Positions 18,246 through 28,208 of a DNA stretch of 32,235 nt are shown here, in pieces (within the stretch, counting starts at the first letter, position 1; each line of letters begins with the position of its first letter). Made by a program: the position numbers and the translations under genes. Under the pieces are notes generated by a model. That model was not told the origin of the DNA. It saw only the letters and a list, made by a program, of their open reading frames with translations, and ran no database searches. The DNA comes from Chitinophagales bacterium (GTDB lineage: Bacteria > Bacteroidota > Bacteroidia > Chitinophagales > JADJOU01), in NCBI GenBank assembly GCA_044368545.1, contig JBIPPG010000003.1, forward strand, positions 1 to 32,235. Direction: 5' to 3'.

Positions 18246-18745
18246 ACTTTTCAAAATCTTGTTTCCACAATTCACTATTCCCGGTGATGGGTTTTGTTCT
18301 AGATTCATTTCTACTAGAGTTTTGAGTTCTTCTTTTATTTCGGGATATTTTGAATAGAGTTTTCCCAACACTAGCATTGAAAAAGCTCTAACGGCTATGG
18401 ACTCCTTTGGATTTTCTAAATATTGAAAGCATAATTCATTGCCTCTACTTCCAAAGACGGTGGAATCATAACAAAATCAATTGTTCGCACAATATTGCGT
18501 TTTTGTGTTTCAGTTGGTTTTTGTGATAAATGGTGTACCAATTGGTTTAAAAAAGGTGCAAATATATCGGGAGACATTTCTGCAATTGTCATTATTATTG
18601 CAGCGGCTCGTTGGGCGATACGTTTGTCTTTTCCCAGAAACAAACCCACCAATTCCTCCGTTTGGTTATTGTTCAAAACCTCTTTGGATATTTTAATCCA
18701 ATAGCTTTTGCTGTTTTCTACAAAAAGTTTATCGGTTAATGTCAT
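18225..18745 (-). pseudogene. Frameshifted HEAT-repeat-like hypothetical gene (or sequencing indel)
   Basis: ATG at 18745 reads to ..MNYAF. Adding one base in the run at 18426-18428 continues QYLENPKESIAVRAFSMLVLGKLYSKYPEIKEELK..KIF to a stop at 18225-18227; total 521 nt = 3n-1. Confidence 0.75.
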
Positions 18746-18746
18746 T

Positions 18747-19496
18747 TTATTTGCAATAATAAATACCAATTCTAAGACCCGTGGTTGTTTGATTTATGGA
18801 TTGAACACCGTCATTGATTATCGTTTTTTGAGATGGAGTTAGCGTATTAAACTTATCGATATTATTTTCTTTATACTCTAGCACATCTGCATTCCAAACG
18901 TTGTAAATACAGGGTTGAAAGAATATTTCGGCTGATAACTTAATCCTTTGGTTTATCTTGTATATTCCTTCCAACCCTAAAGAAGCACCATACGAAAAAC
19001 CACCTTTATATTTTAGCTTATAAAACTTTTGAGGGCCTGCATCATCAAAATCCGTTTTATATTCTGTCATATTTACCCAGCCTATAAGTGGCGCTAAGCG
19101 AGTATGGATTCCAAATTTAACTTTTTCAAAAATCATAAATTTAATAAAGGGCAATAGTTGAATTCTATTAGAAGTTCTTTCATATTTATCTGCGGTCTCA
19201 TCAAGAAAAATATGGCTTTTGTAAGAATTAGAATGTATAAATTCGATACTTGTGCCAAGTTTTATTTTTTTTGTCAATGAATACGCTACGCCGCTTTCTA
19301 TTCCAAAATTGGGCAAAAAAGAGGATTGGTATTCGGATGATGCAAATAATGAAGTAGTGTTGGTTTTTTGCAAAATATTATATTCTGCAAAAATAGGCGC
19401 GTGATATGAGCCTCTTATCAGAAAATTCCATTTTGATTGTGCGAAAAGTATCTGATGGAAAAGTAAAAAAATCAATAGAACATTACGTGTTTTCAT
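18747..19496 (-). CDS. Outer-membrane beta-barrel protein
   Basis: Signal peptide; alternating strands with Gly/aromatic pattern; C-terminal GLRIGIYY. Confidence 0.7.
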   Translation of the reverse strand: MKTRNVLLIFLLFHQILFAQSKWNFLIRGSYHAPIFAEYNILQKTNTTSLFASSEYQSSFLPNFGIESGVAYSLTKKIKLGTSIEFIHSNSYKSHIFLDETADKYERTSNRIQLLPFIKFMIFEKVKFGIHTRLAPLIGWVNMTEYKTDFDDAGPQKFYKLKYKGGFSYGASLGLEGIYKINQRIKLSAEIFFQPCIYNVWNADVLEYKENNIDKFNTLTPSQKTIINDGVQSINQTTTGLRIGIYYCK

Positions 19497-19532
19497 AATT
19501 AAATTTTCTATAAAAATAAATCATTTATCTTT

Positions 19533-19934
19533 TTAGCAAGCTTTTTTTATATACTGCAAATAGCCCTCTATTCCACAAACCATCACGAACATAGCTATCC
19601 ATACCAATAGATTTTCGGCTATAAAATCTACTTGAAACAAAATTACGAGCAATGAAAAGACAGCAAAAATCTTGAAAAAAGTATGCGAATAAAAATATCC
19701 TCGAAGCTCCAACCCACCATTATTTTCAATGATTGAGCCTTGAAAAATAACCGACATTCCAAAAAAGCTTCCAACCAAAAACTCATACGCTGGCTGAAAT
19801 ACATATTCGTTGCCTTTTTTATAAATCCATAGGTTTCGCTCTACACTTTTTATGGATCCAAACTCTTGTTTGAATTTTTCTAAAGTTAGTTTCTTCGACT
19901 GGAAATAAAAGGCTTGTTTGGTGAAGAGGAGCAT
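19533..19934 (-). CDS. Hypothetical membrane protein
   Basis: 133 aa with two C-terminal hydrophobic helices. Confidence 0.6.
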   Translation of the reverse strand: MLLFTKQAFYFQSKKLTLEKFKQEFGSIKSVERNLWIYKKGNEYVFQPAYEFLVGSFFGMSVIFQGSIIENNGGLELRGYFYSHTFFKIFAVFSLLVILFQVDFIAENLLVWIAMFVMVCGIEGYLQYIKKAC

Positions 19935-20029
19935 AAAAATAATGTTTATTCTTGTGTTTTTAGATTTATATTGAATTTAATAGAAGGAAAAAAAAGGTAA
20001 ACGATATTAAATATCAATATTTTAAGTTG

Positions 20030-20052
20030 TTTTTGTTTACAGTAAACAAAAA
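20030..20052. repeat. 23-bp palindrome TTTTTGTTTAC-A-GTAAACAAAAA
   Basis: Perfect 11-bp arms directly abutting the stop codon of the wHTH-PRTase gene. Confidence 0.85.
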
Positions 20053-21033
20053 TTACACTTCTGTAATAACATCAAAGCCCTTGAAGCTTCCTACAATAGC
20101 CAATCCAAAGATATTTTCAGCTATTTTTTTGTCTTTAAATTTTTTTGCAATTTGATTTAACGTTGCTCCTGATCCAACAGCATCATCTATCAACAATAGG
20201 TTTTTGTAATTCTTTAAAGAATGTGTCACAAAGGTATAATCTGCATTATTTATTCGTTCTTCTATTCGCTGTAGCGATTTTTGTGGCACCGATACAAATC
20301 CATCTAATTTATCGATTTTTAATTTGGGTAATTGCAATTCTAATCTTTTTTCTAAATAGTCCATTAACTGAACCTTTCTTTTTACGGTATGAGGAACAAA
20401 TGCCACAGCATCGATTTGATATTCATTGATTATATTTTGTAATGGAATTTTGATCTCTTTTAGCAATAGCTTCATTAAAGCAATACTTTGTCCTTGTTTG
20501 GCATAATGTATCAAATTGCCAAGCTTTGTTTTCCCAAAACGCTCAATCGCATAAAAATCAAGATACCAAACGTCATTCAGATAAATTTGTACAAGCTCTT
20601 TGGTACTGGTTAGTTTATGAAGTCCAGATACAATGCCATTTTCATTTTTATATTCCTCATATTTATGAAACGTTTTTTTATATTCTTCTATAGTCTTTGT
20701 TATGGGTAGTTTTCTTTTTTTACACCAATATTCAAAAGCGTCTAGACCCATCAACAACTCACCAATTTCTGTAATAACGATAAAATTTAATTCTAAGAAA
20801 GTTAAAACTTCTTTGGTAATAATATTTCTTTCCGATTTTACTGATTTTATTTCAACTAGTCTATAAATAGTTTTAGGCGCACTGCCCATTTTGACTATAA
20901 CATTGTCCTCCAACATTTCAGCAAGTATTCTATGAATATATTGTCTTGAAATCTTCAAACTCAATTCTATTTCTTGAATTTTTAGCTCTTTGTTTTCGTT
21001 GAAAAGCTTGATAATCTTATCTTTAGTTTTCAT
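20053..21033 (-). CDS. Winged-HTH + type I phosphoribosyltransferase (ComF-like) protein
   Basis: N-terminal wHTH (IELSLKISRQYIHRIL..GSAPKTIY); PRPP-binding LLIDDAVGSGATL; ATG at 21033 preferred to the track's TTG at 21063. Confidence 0.8.
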   Translation of the reverse strand: MKTKDKIIKLFNENKELKIQEIELSLKISRQYIHRILAEMLEDNVIVKMGSAPKTIYRLVEIKSVKSERNIITKEVLTFLELNFIVITEIGELLMGLDAFEYWCKKRKLPITKTIEEYKKTFHKYEEYKNENGIVSGLHKLTSTKELVQIYLNDVWYLDFYAIERFGKTKLGNLIHYAKQGQSIALMKLLLKEIKIPLQNIINEYQIDAVAFVPHTVKRKVQLMDYLEKRLELQLPKLKIDKLDGFVSVPQKSLQRIEERINNADYTFVTHSLKNYKNLLLIDDAVGSGATLNQIAKKFKDKKIAENIFGLAIVGSFKGFDVITEV

Positions 21034-21063
21034 TATATTAAAAATTTGAGTGTAAAGATACAA

Positions 21064-21104
21064 AATTTTTGTTTACAGTAAACCGTTTACTGTAAACAAA
21101 AATT
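21064..21104. promoter_or_regulatory. 41-bp palindrome made of two GTTTAC-W-GTAAAC boxes; probable operator
   Basis: AATTTTTGTTTACAGTAAAC-C-GTTTACTGTAAACAAAAATT, 30 nt upstream of the ATG. Confidence 0.75.
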
Positions 21105-21106
21105 AT

Positions 21107-21239
21107 TTATTCCTTCATTCTATTTCTAATATTCATCTTTTCGTGCAATATTCTTATACCATCGACTCTATTTCAGCTGTGAAATCAAAATATTGTTCAA
21201 ATCTTCAACCGCCTTTTCGCTTATTACAATTTCTACTAT
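21107..21239 (-). pseudogene. parE: ParE-family toxin remnant with internal deletion
   Basis: N-terminal IVISEKAVEDLNNI and C-terminal IRILHEKMNIRNRMKE* both present, but in only ~130 nt with no continuous frame. Confidence 0.7.
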
Positions 21240-21483
21240 TAGTATTTGTAATTTTTGTTCAATTGTTTTAGATTTTCTTCACGATTAAAATTTCTTATTT
21301 TTCCACTTTTTTCTCCAATCTCTAGTTCTGTTATTAAAGATTTTTTTGAGTTTCTTCTTGTTCAAAAAGTCTCAATGCCGTTCTTACCACTTCGCTTACC
21401 GAATTGTATTTTCCGCTCTCAATTTGTTGATTTATAAATTTTTCGTAATAATCTCCTATTAGAATAGATGTATTTCTTGCCAT
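21239..21483 (-). pseudogene. parD: ParD-family (RHH) antitoxin with a single-base frameshift
   Basis: MARNTSILIGDYYEKFINQQIESGKYNSVSEVVRTALRLFEQEE; one extra A in the A7 run (21341-21347) gives KSLITELEIGEKSG..NYKY*; missed by the ORF track. Confidence 0.82.
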
Positions 21484-21497
21484 AATTTAATTTTTTA

Positions 21498-21519
21498 CAA
21501 AGATACCAAAAATTGGTAT
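21498..21519 (-). promoter_or_regulatory. parD promoter -7 box (TATCTTTG) overlapped by palindrome ATACCAA-N3-TTGGTAT
   Basis: -7 box at 21498-21505 (minus); inverted repeat 21503-21519, as expected for TA autorepression. Confidence 0.65.
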
Positions 21520-21656
21520 TATTAATGAATTTTTAGATTATTATTTTCGTGTTTCTATTGTTAGATTTTTACGCGAATTATTGATTTAGCATCAAAAACA
21601 CACTACAAAAACGTCTTTTTTGTTATTATATTGTTACAACTTCTGATTTATATCTT

Positions 21657-23834
21657 CTACATATTCCGTCTATACTGTCCGCCTACTTCGTAGAGTGCTG
21701 CGGTGATTTGTCCTAGCGAGCAATATTTTCCAGCTTCCATCAAGTGGTAAAACAAGTTTTGGTTTTTGAGAGAGGCTTGTTTGAGATTATGTAAAGCTTG
21801 CTCTTGGTTGGTAGCAAAGTTTTGGTGTAGTTGGGTCAAGGTATCTATTTGATTTTCTTTCTCTTCGGTAGTGGCACGGATGACTTCACTTGGGATAATT
21901 GTAGGTGAGCCTTTGCTGTTCAAGAAGGTGTTGACACCTATAATCGGATATTCACCCGTATGTTTTAGCATTTCGTAGTGCATACTTTCTTCTTGGATTT
22001 TGCCACGTTGGTACATAGTCTCCATAGCACCTAGCACACCACCTCGTTCGGTAATTTTGTCGAATTCCATCATAATGGCTTCTTCTACCAAGTCCGTCAA
22101 CTCTTCAATAATAAACGCACCTTGGATAGGATTTTGGTTCTTGGCCAATCCAAGTTCGTGGTTGATAATCATCTGAATAGCCATAGCACGACGCACCGAT
22201 TCTTCGGTAGGTGTGGTGATAGCTTCGTCGTATGCGTTGGTATGAAGCGAGTTGCAATTGTCATATATCGCATACAAAGCTTGCAAAGTCGTACGGATGT
22301 CATTGAAATCAATCTCCTGCGCGTGAAGGCTTCGTCCACTCGTCTGAATATGGTACTTGAGCATTTGGCTTCGCTCGTTGGCACCATACATTATTTTTAG
22401 GGCTTTTGCCCATATTTTTCGAGCTACACGACCTATCACCGAATATTCTGGATCTACACCATTGGAGAAGAAGAAGGAGAAGTTGGGCGCAAAATCGTCG
22501 ATATTCATTCCTCTCGATTTGTAGTATTCGAGAAAGGTAAATCCATTGGAAAGGGTAAAGGCCAACTGGCTAATTGGGTTGGCACCTGCTTCCGCAATGT
22601 GATACCCAGAAATAGACACCGAATAGAAATTTCTAATTTTTTGGTCAATAAAGTATTCTTGAACATCGCCCATCAATTTCAATGCAAAATCGGTAGAGAA
22701 AATACACGTATTTTGAGCTTGATCTTCTTTTAGAATATCGGCCTGAACCGTTCCTCTCACTTTGCTAATCGCTTCCGCTTTTATTTTTTCATAAACGTCG
22801 TTTGACAAGACTTGATCGCCCGTTACACCCAAAAGCATCAAGCCTAGTCCATCGTTTCCTTCTGGCAATTCATTCGACTGATACGGCGTATAGACAGGTC
22901 TCTTTTTGCCTTGGAAAATCGTTGCTATTTTTTTCTCTACTTCTGCTTCCAATCCATTGGCTTTGATATATTTTTCGCATTGCTGATCGATGGCGGTATT
23001 CATAAAAAATGCAACCAACATAGGTGCTGGGCCATTGATGGTCATACTCACCGATACATTGGGTTCGCACAAATCAAAACCACTATATAGCTTTTTCATA
23101 TCATCGAGGCAACAAATAGAAACGCCCGAGTTTCCAATTTTTCCATAAATATCGGGTCTTTTTCCTGGGTCTTCGCCATAGAGCGTTACGCTGTCAAAAG
23201 CCGTAGAAAGACGTTTAGCCGGCATTCCCATCGATACATAATGAAAGCGTTTATTGGTTCTTTCGGGGCTACCTTCTCCTGCAAACATTCTTGTAGGATC
23301 CTCATTTTCTCTCTTGAAAGGATATACACCTGCGGTGTAAGGAAACTCGCCCGGTACATTTTCCTGAAGATTCCACTTGAGAATATCGCCCCACGCTTCA
23401 TATTTTGGTAGCGAAATTTTTGGAATATCCAAGTTGGACAAACTTTTGGAATGTGTGGCTATTTTGATTTCTTTGTCTCGAACCTTAAAGATATAAAATT
23501 CATCTTTATAACGTTTTACTTTTTCAGCCCAATTTTCAATGATTCTACGGTTGTCTGGCGTCAATTTTTCTTCGAGATTTTTATACAGTTTCTCAATAGA
23601 TTCAACAGCTGATGTATCATTTGCTTGTTTGGCTTCATCTTTGGCAATCATCAATCCGTAAAGTCTTTGGGCTATTTGACTTTGACTAATAGTATCCTGA
23701 TTGTATTTTCGAATAGTATCGGATATTTCACTCAAATATCGATTTCTGTGCGGTGGAATGATGTAGATCTTTTCACTTTGTTCCAAAATATCCACATTTC
23801 TTATTGGAAATAAATCTGCTGTTGCGTTTGACAT
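21657..23834 (-). CDS. icmF: IcmF C-terminal part: acyl-CoA mutase substrate-binding barrel
   Basis: [20 protein letters not shown] (Phe, isobutyryl-CoA type), [54 protein letters not shown]-terminal GGQYRRNM. Confidence 0.9.
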   Translation of the reverse strand: MSNATADLFPIRNVDILEQSEKIYIIPPHRNRYLSEISDTIRKYNQDTISQSQIAQRLYGLMIAKDEAKQANDTSAVESIEKLYKNLEEKLTPDNRRIIENWAEKVKRYKDEFYIFKVRDKEIKIATHSKSLSNLDIPKISLPKYEAWGDILKWNLQENVPGEFPYTAGVYPFKRENEDPTRMFAGEGSPERTNKRFHYVSMGMPAKRLSTAFDSVTLYGEDPGKRPDIYGKIGNSGVSICCLDDMKKLYSGFDLCEPNVSVSMTINGPAPMLVAFFMNTAIDQQCEKYIKANGLEAEVEKKIATIFQGKKRPVYTPYQSNELPEGNDGLGLMLLGVTGDQVLSNDVYEKIKAEAISKVRGTVQADILKEDQAQNTCIFSTDFALKLMGDVQEYFIDQKIRNFYSVSISGYHIAEAGANPISQLAFTLSNGFTFLEYYKSRGMNIDDFAPNFSFFFSNGVDPEYSVIGRVARKIWAKALKIMYGANERSQMLKYHIQTSGRSLHAQEIDFNDIRTTLQALYAIYDNCNSLHTNAYDEAITTPTEESVRRAMAIQMIINHELGLAKNQNPIQGAFIIEELTDLVEEAIMMEFDKITERGGVLGAMETMYQRGKIQEESMHYEMLKHTGEYPIIGVNTFLNSKGSPTIIPSEVIRATTEEKENQIDTLTQLHQNFATNQEQALHNLKQASLKNQNLFYHLMEAGKYCSLGQITAALYEVGGQYRRNM

Positions 23835-23840
23835 ATCTTT

Positions 23841-24164
23841 TTATTTTAAAAATTTAGCTTCTTCTTGATGATTGTTAAATATATAGTTTATATAATAATT
23901 TTCTTTGAATTCGTCAAATAATATATACCACGTGGTCGTTTTATTTGCTTCGTATTTGATATAATGAGTTCCTTTCGATTTCAATTCTTCTGGGGTTTGT
24001 TTTTTTACTTTTTTATCAAATATGTTTTTTTCTATATTAAATATAATCTTTTCTACATATTGGATAGCAGATTTTTTAAAGCCGAAATAATTTTTTTCAT
24101 ACAAATTATTAATAGTTTCTAATAAATATCGTTGGACGGATTTGGAATAAACTATTTTTGCCAC
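23841..24164 (-). CDS. RelE/ParE-like putative toxin
   Basis: 107 aa, basic; KIVYSKSV..L..L.. start and WYILF..YYINYI end resemble the RelE/ParE layout; GTG start overlaps the upstream small gene. Confidence 0.55.
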   Translation of the reverse strand: MAKIVYSKSVQRYLLETINNLYEKNYFGFKKSAIQYVEKIIFNIEKNIFDKKVKKQTPEELKSKGTHYIKYEANKTTTWYILFDEFKENYYINYIFNNHQEEAKFLK

Positions 24165-24361
24165 TCTAAACTATTAATAAATTTATACACATTATTTTTC
24201 AGTTCTTCCCCCGAAATATACTGTTCATACTTTTCTTCTGGTTCTTCTATACGCGATTCTCTTTTAACTACAGCCAAAATCAAGTCCAAAAAATCTTCAT
24301 TTTGATTTTTTTCTACAATTTCGATAATTTCTCTTTTCTTTTGATCTATTAGCAAATTCAT
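24152..24361 (-). CDS. Small acidic putative antitoxin
   Basis: 69 aa, Glu-rich, ending ISGEELK..W; overlaps the downstream toxin-like gene by 13 nt. Confidence 0.55.
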   Translation of the reverse strand: MNLLIDQKKREIIEIVEKNQNEDFLDLILAVVKRESRIEEPEEKYEQYISGEELKNNVYKFINSLEWQK

Positions 24362-24394
24362 AATTTAATTCATTTTGGCTTTGAATAATGGAAT

Positions 24395-25693
24395 TTATTG
24401 GGCGCTTTGATATTTTTCTTTATACTTTCGAGAAATGGTTCGCATCAAATTGCTGAACAAAAGATTAGTTCCTGGGTCGTTGAACTGCGATGCAATAGAA
24501 CCATATACTGGCATAGTCTCTGGATCTACATCCCACAAATTATGATTTCTTTGATAAGTCTTTTTTACATCACGGATTGCGTCTTGAGCCCCGCGTTTAT
24601 CAAACTTGTTGATAGCAACAATATCTGCAAAATCTAGCATATCAATTTTTTCCAATTGCGATGCTGCACCAAATTCTGGCGTCATAATATACATCGATAC
24701 ATCGCTATGGTCTACTATTTCCGTGTCGCTTTGTCCTATTCCCGATGTTTCCAGAATGATTAAATCAAACGTTGCAAGTTTTAGAATTTCAACTGCTTCG
24801 TTGACATATTTAGATAACGCCAAATTGCTCTGACGAGTTGCTAAGCTACGCATAAAAACACGTGCGTCGTTTATCGAATTCATACGAATTCTATCGCCTA
24901 GCAAAGCACCTCCCGTTTTTCTTTTTGATGGGTCTACGGATAAAATAGCGATTCGTTTCTCTGGATATTCAAATAAGAATCTACGAACAATTTCATCGAT
25001 CATAGAAGACTTTCCAGCTCCGCCTGTTCCAGTAATTCCCAACACGGGTGTTGGCATTGATTTTTGGCTAGGGAAATTTTGTTTTAACTTATTTTCCAAA
25101 TCTTCTGGAAAATTTTCGGCAGTTGAGATCAGCTTCGCAAGAAACTTTGCATCTGAGTTTTCAAAAGCTTTTTGAAAAGCTTCTTTATCTTTATATTCTG
25201 TATATCTGTCTACCGTTCCTGTAGGAAAATCACATTTAGAAACTAAATCATTAATCATTCCATCTAATCCCATAGCTCTTCCATCGTCTGGCGAATAGAT
25301 TCTACAAATTCCGTATGCGTGAAGCTCTTCTATTTCTGTAGGAAGAATGGTTCCGCCGCCGCCACCAAAAATTTTGATATGACCACAACCTTGTTCCTTC
25401 AGCAAATCAAACATATATTTGAAAAACTCAATATGTCCGCCCTGATAGCTGGTAATGGCTATGGCATTGGCATCTTCTTGAATGGCTGTATTGACAATTT
25501 CTGCCACCGAACGATTATGCCCTAGGTGAACCACTTCCACACCTCGTTGCTGGATAATACGACGCATAATATTTATAGCAGCATCGTGTCCATCAAAAAG
25601 CGATGCAGCCGTTACTACTTTTATTTTATTCTTTGGAACATAGTTTTGAGGCAAATGTTCTTGATTATTCTGATGCGATTGCGAAGCACTCAT
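24395..25693 (-). CDS. icmF: IcmF N-terminal part: cobalamin-binding domain + MeaB-like GTPase
   Basis: [12 protein letters not shown] (B12 His ligand), [40 protein letters not shown] at 25693 preferred because the track's TTG lies inside a TAAATTTG box (25712-25719). Confidence 0.9.
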   Translation of the reverse strand: MSASQSHQNNQEHLPQNYVPKNKIKVVTAASLFDGHDAAINIMRRIIQQRGVEVVHLGHNRSVAEIVNTAIQEDANAIAITSYQGGHIEFFKYMFDLLKEQGCGHIKIFGGGGGTILPTEIEELHAYGICRIYSPDDGRAMGLDGMINDLVSKCDFPTGTVDRYTEYKDKEAFQKAFENSDAKFLAKLISTAENFPEDLENKLKQNFPSQKSMPTPVLGITGTGGAGKSSMIDEIVRRFLFEYPEKRIAILSVDPSKRKTGGALLGDRIRMNSINDARVFMRSLATRQSNLALSKYVNEAVEILKLATFDLIILETSGIGQSDTEIVDHSDVSMYIMTPEFGAASQLEKIDMLDFADIVAINKFDKRGAQDAIRDVKKTYQRNHNLWDVDPETMPVYGSIASQFNDPGTNLLFSNLMRTISRKYKEKYQSAQ

Positions 25694-25822
25694 TTTTAAT
25701 ATTTTTAAATGCAAATTTAATAAAAAAAGAGTAAATCTTTTTAGTTAAATAAAATTCATTTTAATTAAAGAAATAAAAGGCTCTATTTATATTTAAATAT
25801 TTGATTTTCAATATTTTATAAA

Positions 25823-26329
25823 TTATAATAATTTTGTTGTTCTCTTTATTGCCATTTTTGTTGAATTCAATAACACCATATTATTTTTTCTCAATCTTTT
25901 GGCTTTTAAAAAGTAATGAAGCGCTATATTGTAATTCTTCTTTCTAAATTCTAATTTTCCTTTATGTTGTAATATATAATGATATAATGTTGAATTTTCC
26001 TTTGTTAATAACAATTCAATTAATTTTGTTGATTGATTAAAATCATTAATAGAATATAAAAAAATAGCATATCTCAAATTTATTAAATCTAATAAATTTT
26101 CATTTTTAATAAATTCTTTTCTACTATAAATTACTTTAAATAAAATTTGAGCAATTTTATATTCTTTTCCAATCCTATATAAATCAGCAATGGAAGACAA
26201 TTTTAGTAATTTATCTTCAAGATTTATTAGTATAAAATAATTGGATTTACTTAACTTTAATTGATAATTATAAGCAGACTTATTTACTATCTTTTCTTCT
26301 AGTGTTTTTTTATCAATATTATAAAACAT
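25823..26329 (-). CDS. Hypothetical TPR-like protein
   Basis: 168 aa, very AT-rich; HYILQHKGKLEFRKKNYNIALHYFLKAKRLR resembles a TPR helix pair. Confidence 0.55.
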   Translation of the reverse strand: MFYNIDKKTLEEKIVNKSAYNYQLKLSKSNYFILINLEDKLLKLSSIADLYRIGKEYKIAQILFKVIYSRKEFIKNENLLDLINLRYAIFLYSINDFNQSTKLIELLLTKENSTLYHYILQHKGKLEFRKKNYNIALHYFLKAKRLRKNNMVLLNSTKMAIKRTTKLL

Positions 26330-26339
26330 ATTATTGATA

Positions 26340-28199
26340 TTATCTACCTATATATATTAAAAGAATAGCTATATCACTTGGATTAATTCCACTTATTCGT
26401 TTTGCTTGACCTACGGTTTTGGGTTGTATTTTTTTAAGTTTTTCTCTTGCTTCTGTTGAAATGCTTGTAAGTTTAGAATAATCAAAATTATCGGGAATCA
26501 TTAAATCTTCTAGATTTTTTGATTTCATTGCTACTTCTTTTTCTTTATCGATATAGCCCTTATACTTATGTTCTATCTCTGCACTCGTAATTGCGGATTC
26601 AGAATATTTATCAAAAATACTCTTTAGTTTATCTATCTTGAAAATTTGTTCCATCGATAATTCAGGACGAGTAAGTATATAGCCCAAAGGTACTTGTTGT
26701 TTTAAACTAGCTGTTCCCAATTCATCAAACAAAGAGTTAACATCATCTGGTGTAACTTTTATAGTTTTGAATAGTTCTATTATTTCTTCTACTTCTTTTT
26801 TTCTATTTTCTGTCTTTTCTATTCTATCCTCTTTTGCCAATCCTAATTTTTGTCCTAATTGCGTCAATCTAAAATCCGCATTATCGCCGCGCAACAATAT
26901 TCTATACTCTGCTCTACTCGTAAACATTCTATAAGGTTCTTCCGTACCTTTATTTACCAAATCATCTATCAATACACCAATATAACTTTCATCTCTTTTC
27001 AAAACCAAAGGTTCTAAGTCATCAATCATTCTACAAGCATTGATTCCTGCTACCAAGCCTTGACCCGCTGCTTCTTCATAACCAGTAGTACCATTGATTT
27101 GCCCTGCAAAAAATAGATTTTTTATCAATTTTGTTTGTAAATAAATATCCAACTGAGTTGGCGGAAAATAATCATATTCTATAGCATATCCAGGACGATA
27201 CATTTTTACATTTTCAAAACCTGGTATTTGTTTTAAAGCATTATATTGAACATCATAGGGCAATGAAGTAGAAAAACCATTTACATAAATTTCATTTGTA
27301 TTCCATCCTTCGGGTTCTACAAAAATCTGATGTCTATCTTTATCTGCAAAACGATTAATTTTATCTTCAATACTTGGACAATATCTAGGCCCCACACCTT
27401 CAATATCACCATTGAACATAGGACTTCTATCAAATCCTTCTTTCAACGAATCGTGAACCACTTGATTTGTATACGTAATCCAGCAGCATCTTTGTTCTTT
27501 TGGTTTTTCAATATCCATAAACGAAAAACCTTCCATAATGGGATCACCCGCTTGAACTTCCATTTTTGTATAATCCAGACTTCTTCCATCCACTCTAGGA
27601 GGCGTTCCTGTTTTCATTCTTCCACTCTCAAATCCCAGCGTCAACAACTGTTCCGTAATTCCTGTAGCTTTAGCCTCTGCAGCTCTTCCTCCTCCAAATT
27701 TTTTATCACCTATATGTATCAAACCATTGAGAAAAGTACCATTGGTTAATACTACCGCTTTCGCTTCTATTTCTATTCCAAGTTGTGTTTTAACTCCAAA
27801 AACTTGATTATTTTTTACCAATAATCCAGCAACCATTTCTTGATATATATCCAAATTATCAATATTCTCTAAATGCTCTCTCCACAGCGAAGCAAACAAC
27901 ATTCTATCATTTTGTGTTCTTGGACTCCACATTGCGGGTCCTTTACTTCTGTTAAGCATTCTAAATTGAATCATAGATTTATCAGATACTATTCCCGATA
28001 AACCACCCAGCGCATCTATTTCTTTTACTATTTGACCTTTGGCTACACCACCCATAGCAGGATTACAACTCATCTGGCCTATTACTTGCATATTCATTGT
28101 AATTAAGAGCGTTTTCTTTCCCATATTTGCGGCAGCCGCTGCGGCTTCACAACCAGCGTGTCCTGCACCTACTACTATAACATCGTATCTTTGAAACAT
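26340..28199 (-). CDS. mnmG: tRNA uridine-5-carboxymethylaminomethyl(34) synthesis enzyme MnmG (GidA)
   Basis: VVGAGHAGCEAA, MSCNPAMGG, KTGTPPR, GPRYCPSIEDK, AGQINGTTGYEEAA, EPYRMFTSRAEYR. Confidence 0.99.
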   Translation of the reverse strand: MFQRYDVIVVGAGHAGCEAAAAAANMGKKTLLITMNMQVIGQMSCNPAMGGVAKGQIVKEIDALGGLSGIVSDKSMIQFRMLNRSKGPAMWSPRTQNDRMLFASLWREHLENIDNLDIYQEMVAGLLVKNNQVFGVKTQLGIEIEAKAVVLTNGTFLNGLIHIGDKKFGGGRAAEAKATGITEQLLTLGFESGRMKTGTPPRVDGRSLDYTKMEVQAGDPIMEGFSFMDIEKPKEQRCCWITYTNQVVHDSLKEGFDRSPMFNGDIEGVGPRYCPSIEDKINRFADKDRHQIFVEPEGWNTNEIYVNGFSTSLPYDVQYNALKQIPGFENVKMYRPGYAIEYDYFPPTQLDIYLQTKLIKNLFFAGQINGTTGYEEAAGQGLVAGINACRMIDDLEPLVLKRDESYIGVLIDDLVNKGTEEPYRMFTSRAEYRILLRGDNADFRLTQLGQKLGLAKEDRIEKTENRKKEVEEIIELFKTIKVTPDDVNSLFDELGTASLKQQVPLGYILTRPELSMEQIFKIDKLKSIFDKYSESAITSAEIEHKYKGYIDKEKEVAMKSKNLEDLMIPDNFDYSKLTSISTEAREKLKKIQPKTVGQAKRISGINPSDIAILLIYIGR

Positions 28200-28208
28200 A
28201 AAACCAGT

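Noticed and set aside
19509-19550. Possible A-run frameshift at the end of the 133-aa membrane protein (alternative tail KKLAKKINDLFL)
   Set aside because: Only a few residues differ and there is no homology evidence to prefer either ending.
19988-20002. GTTTACCTTTT on the minus strand resembling the ECF -35 motif
   Set aside because: No AGACT at the required 10-nt spacing.
23825-24416. Weak similarity between the two icmF breakpoints (ATATCAAAGCGC versus ATATGTCAAACGC on the minus strand) as a target-site duplication
   Set aside because: Requires gaps in a short AT-rich stretch; not distinguishable from chance.
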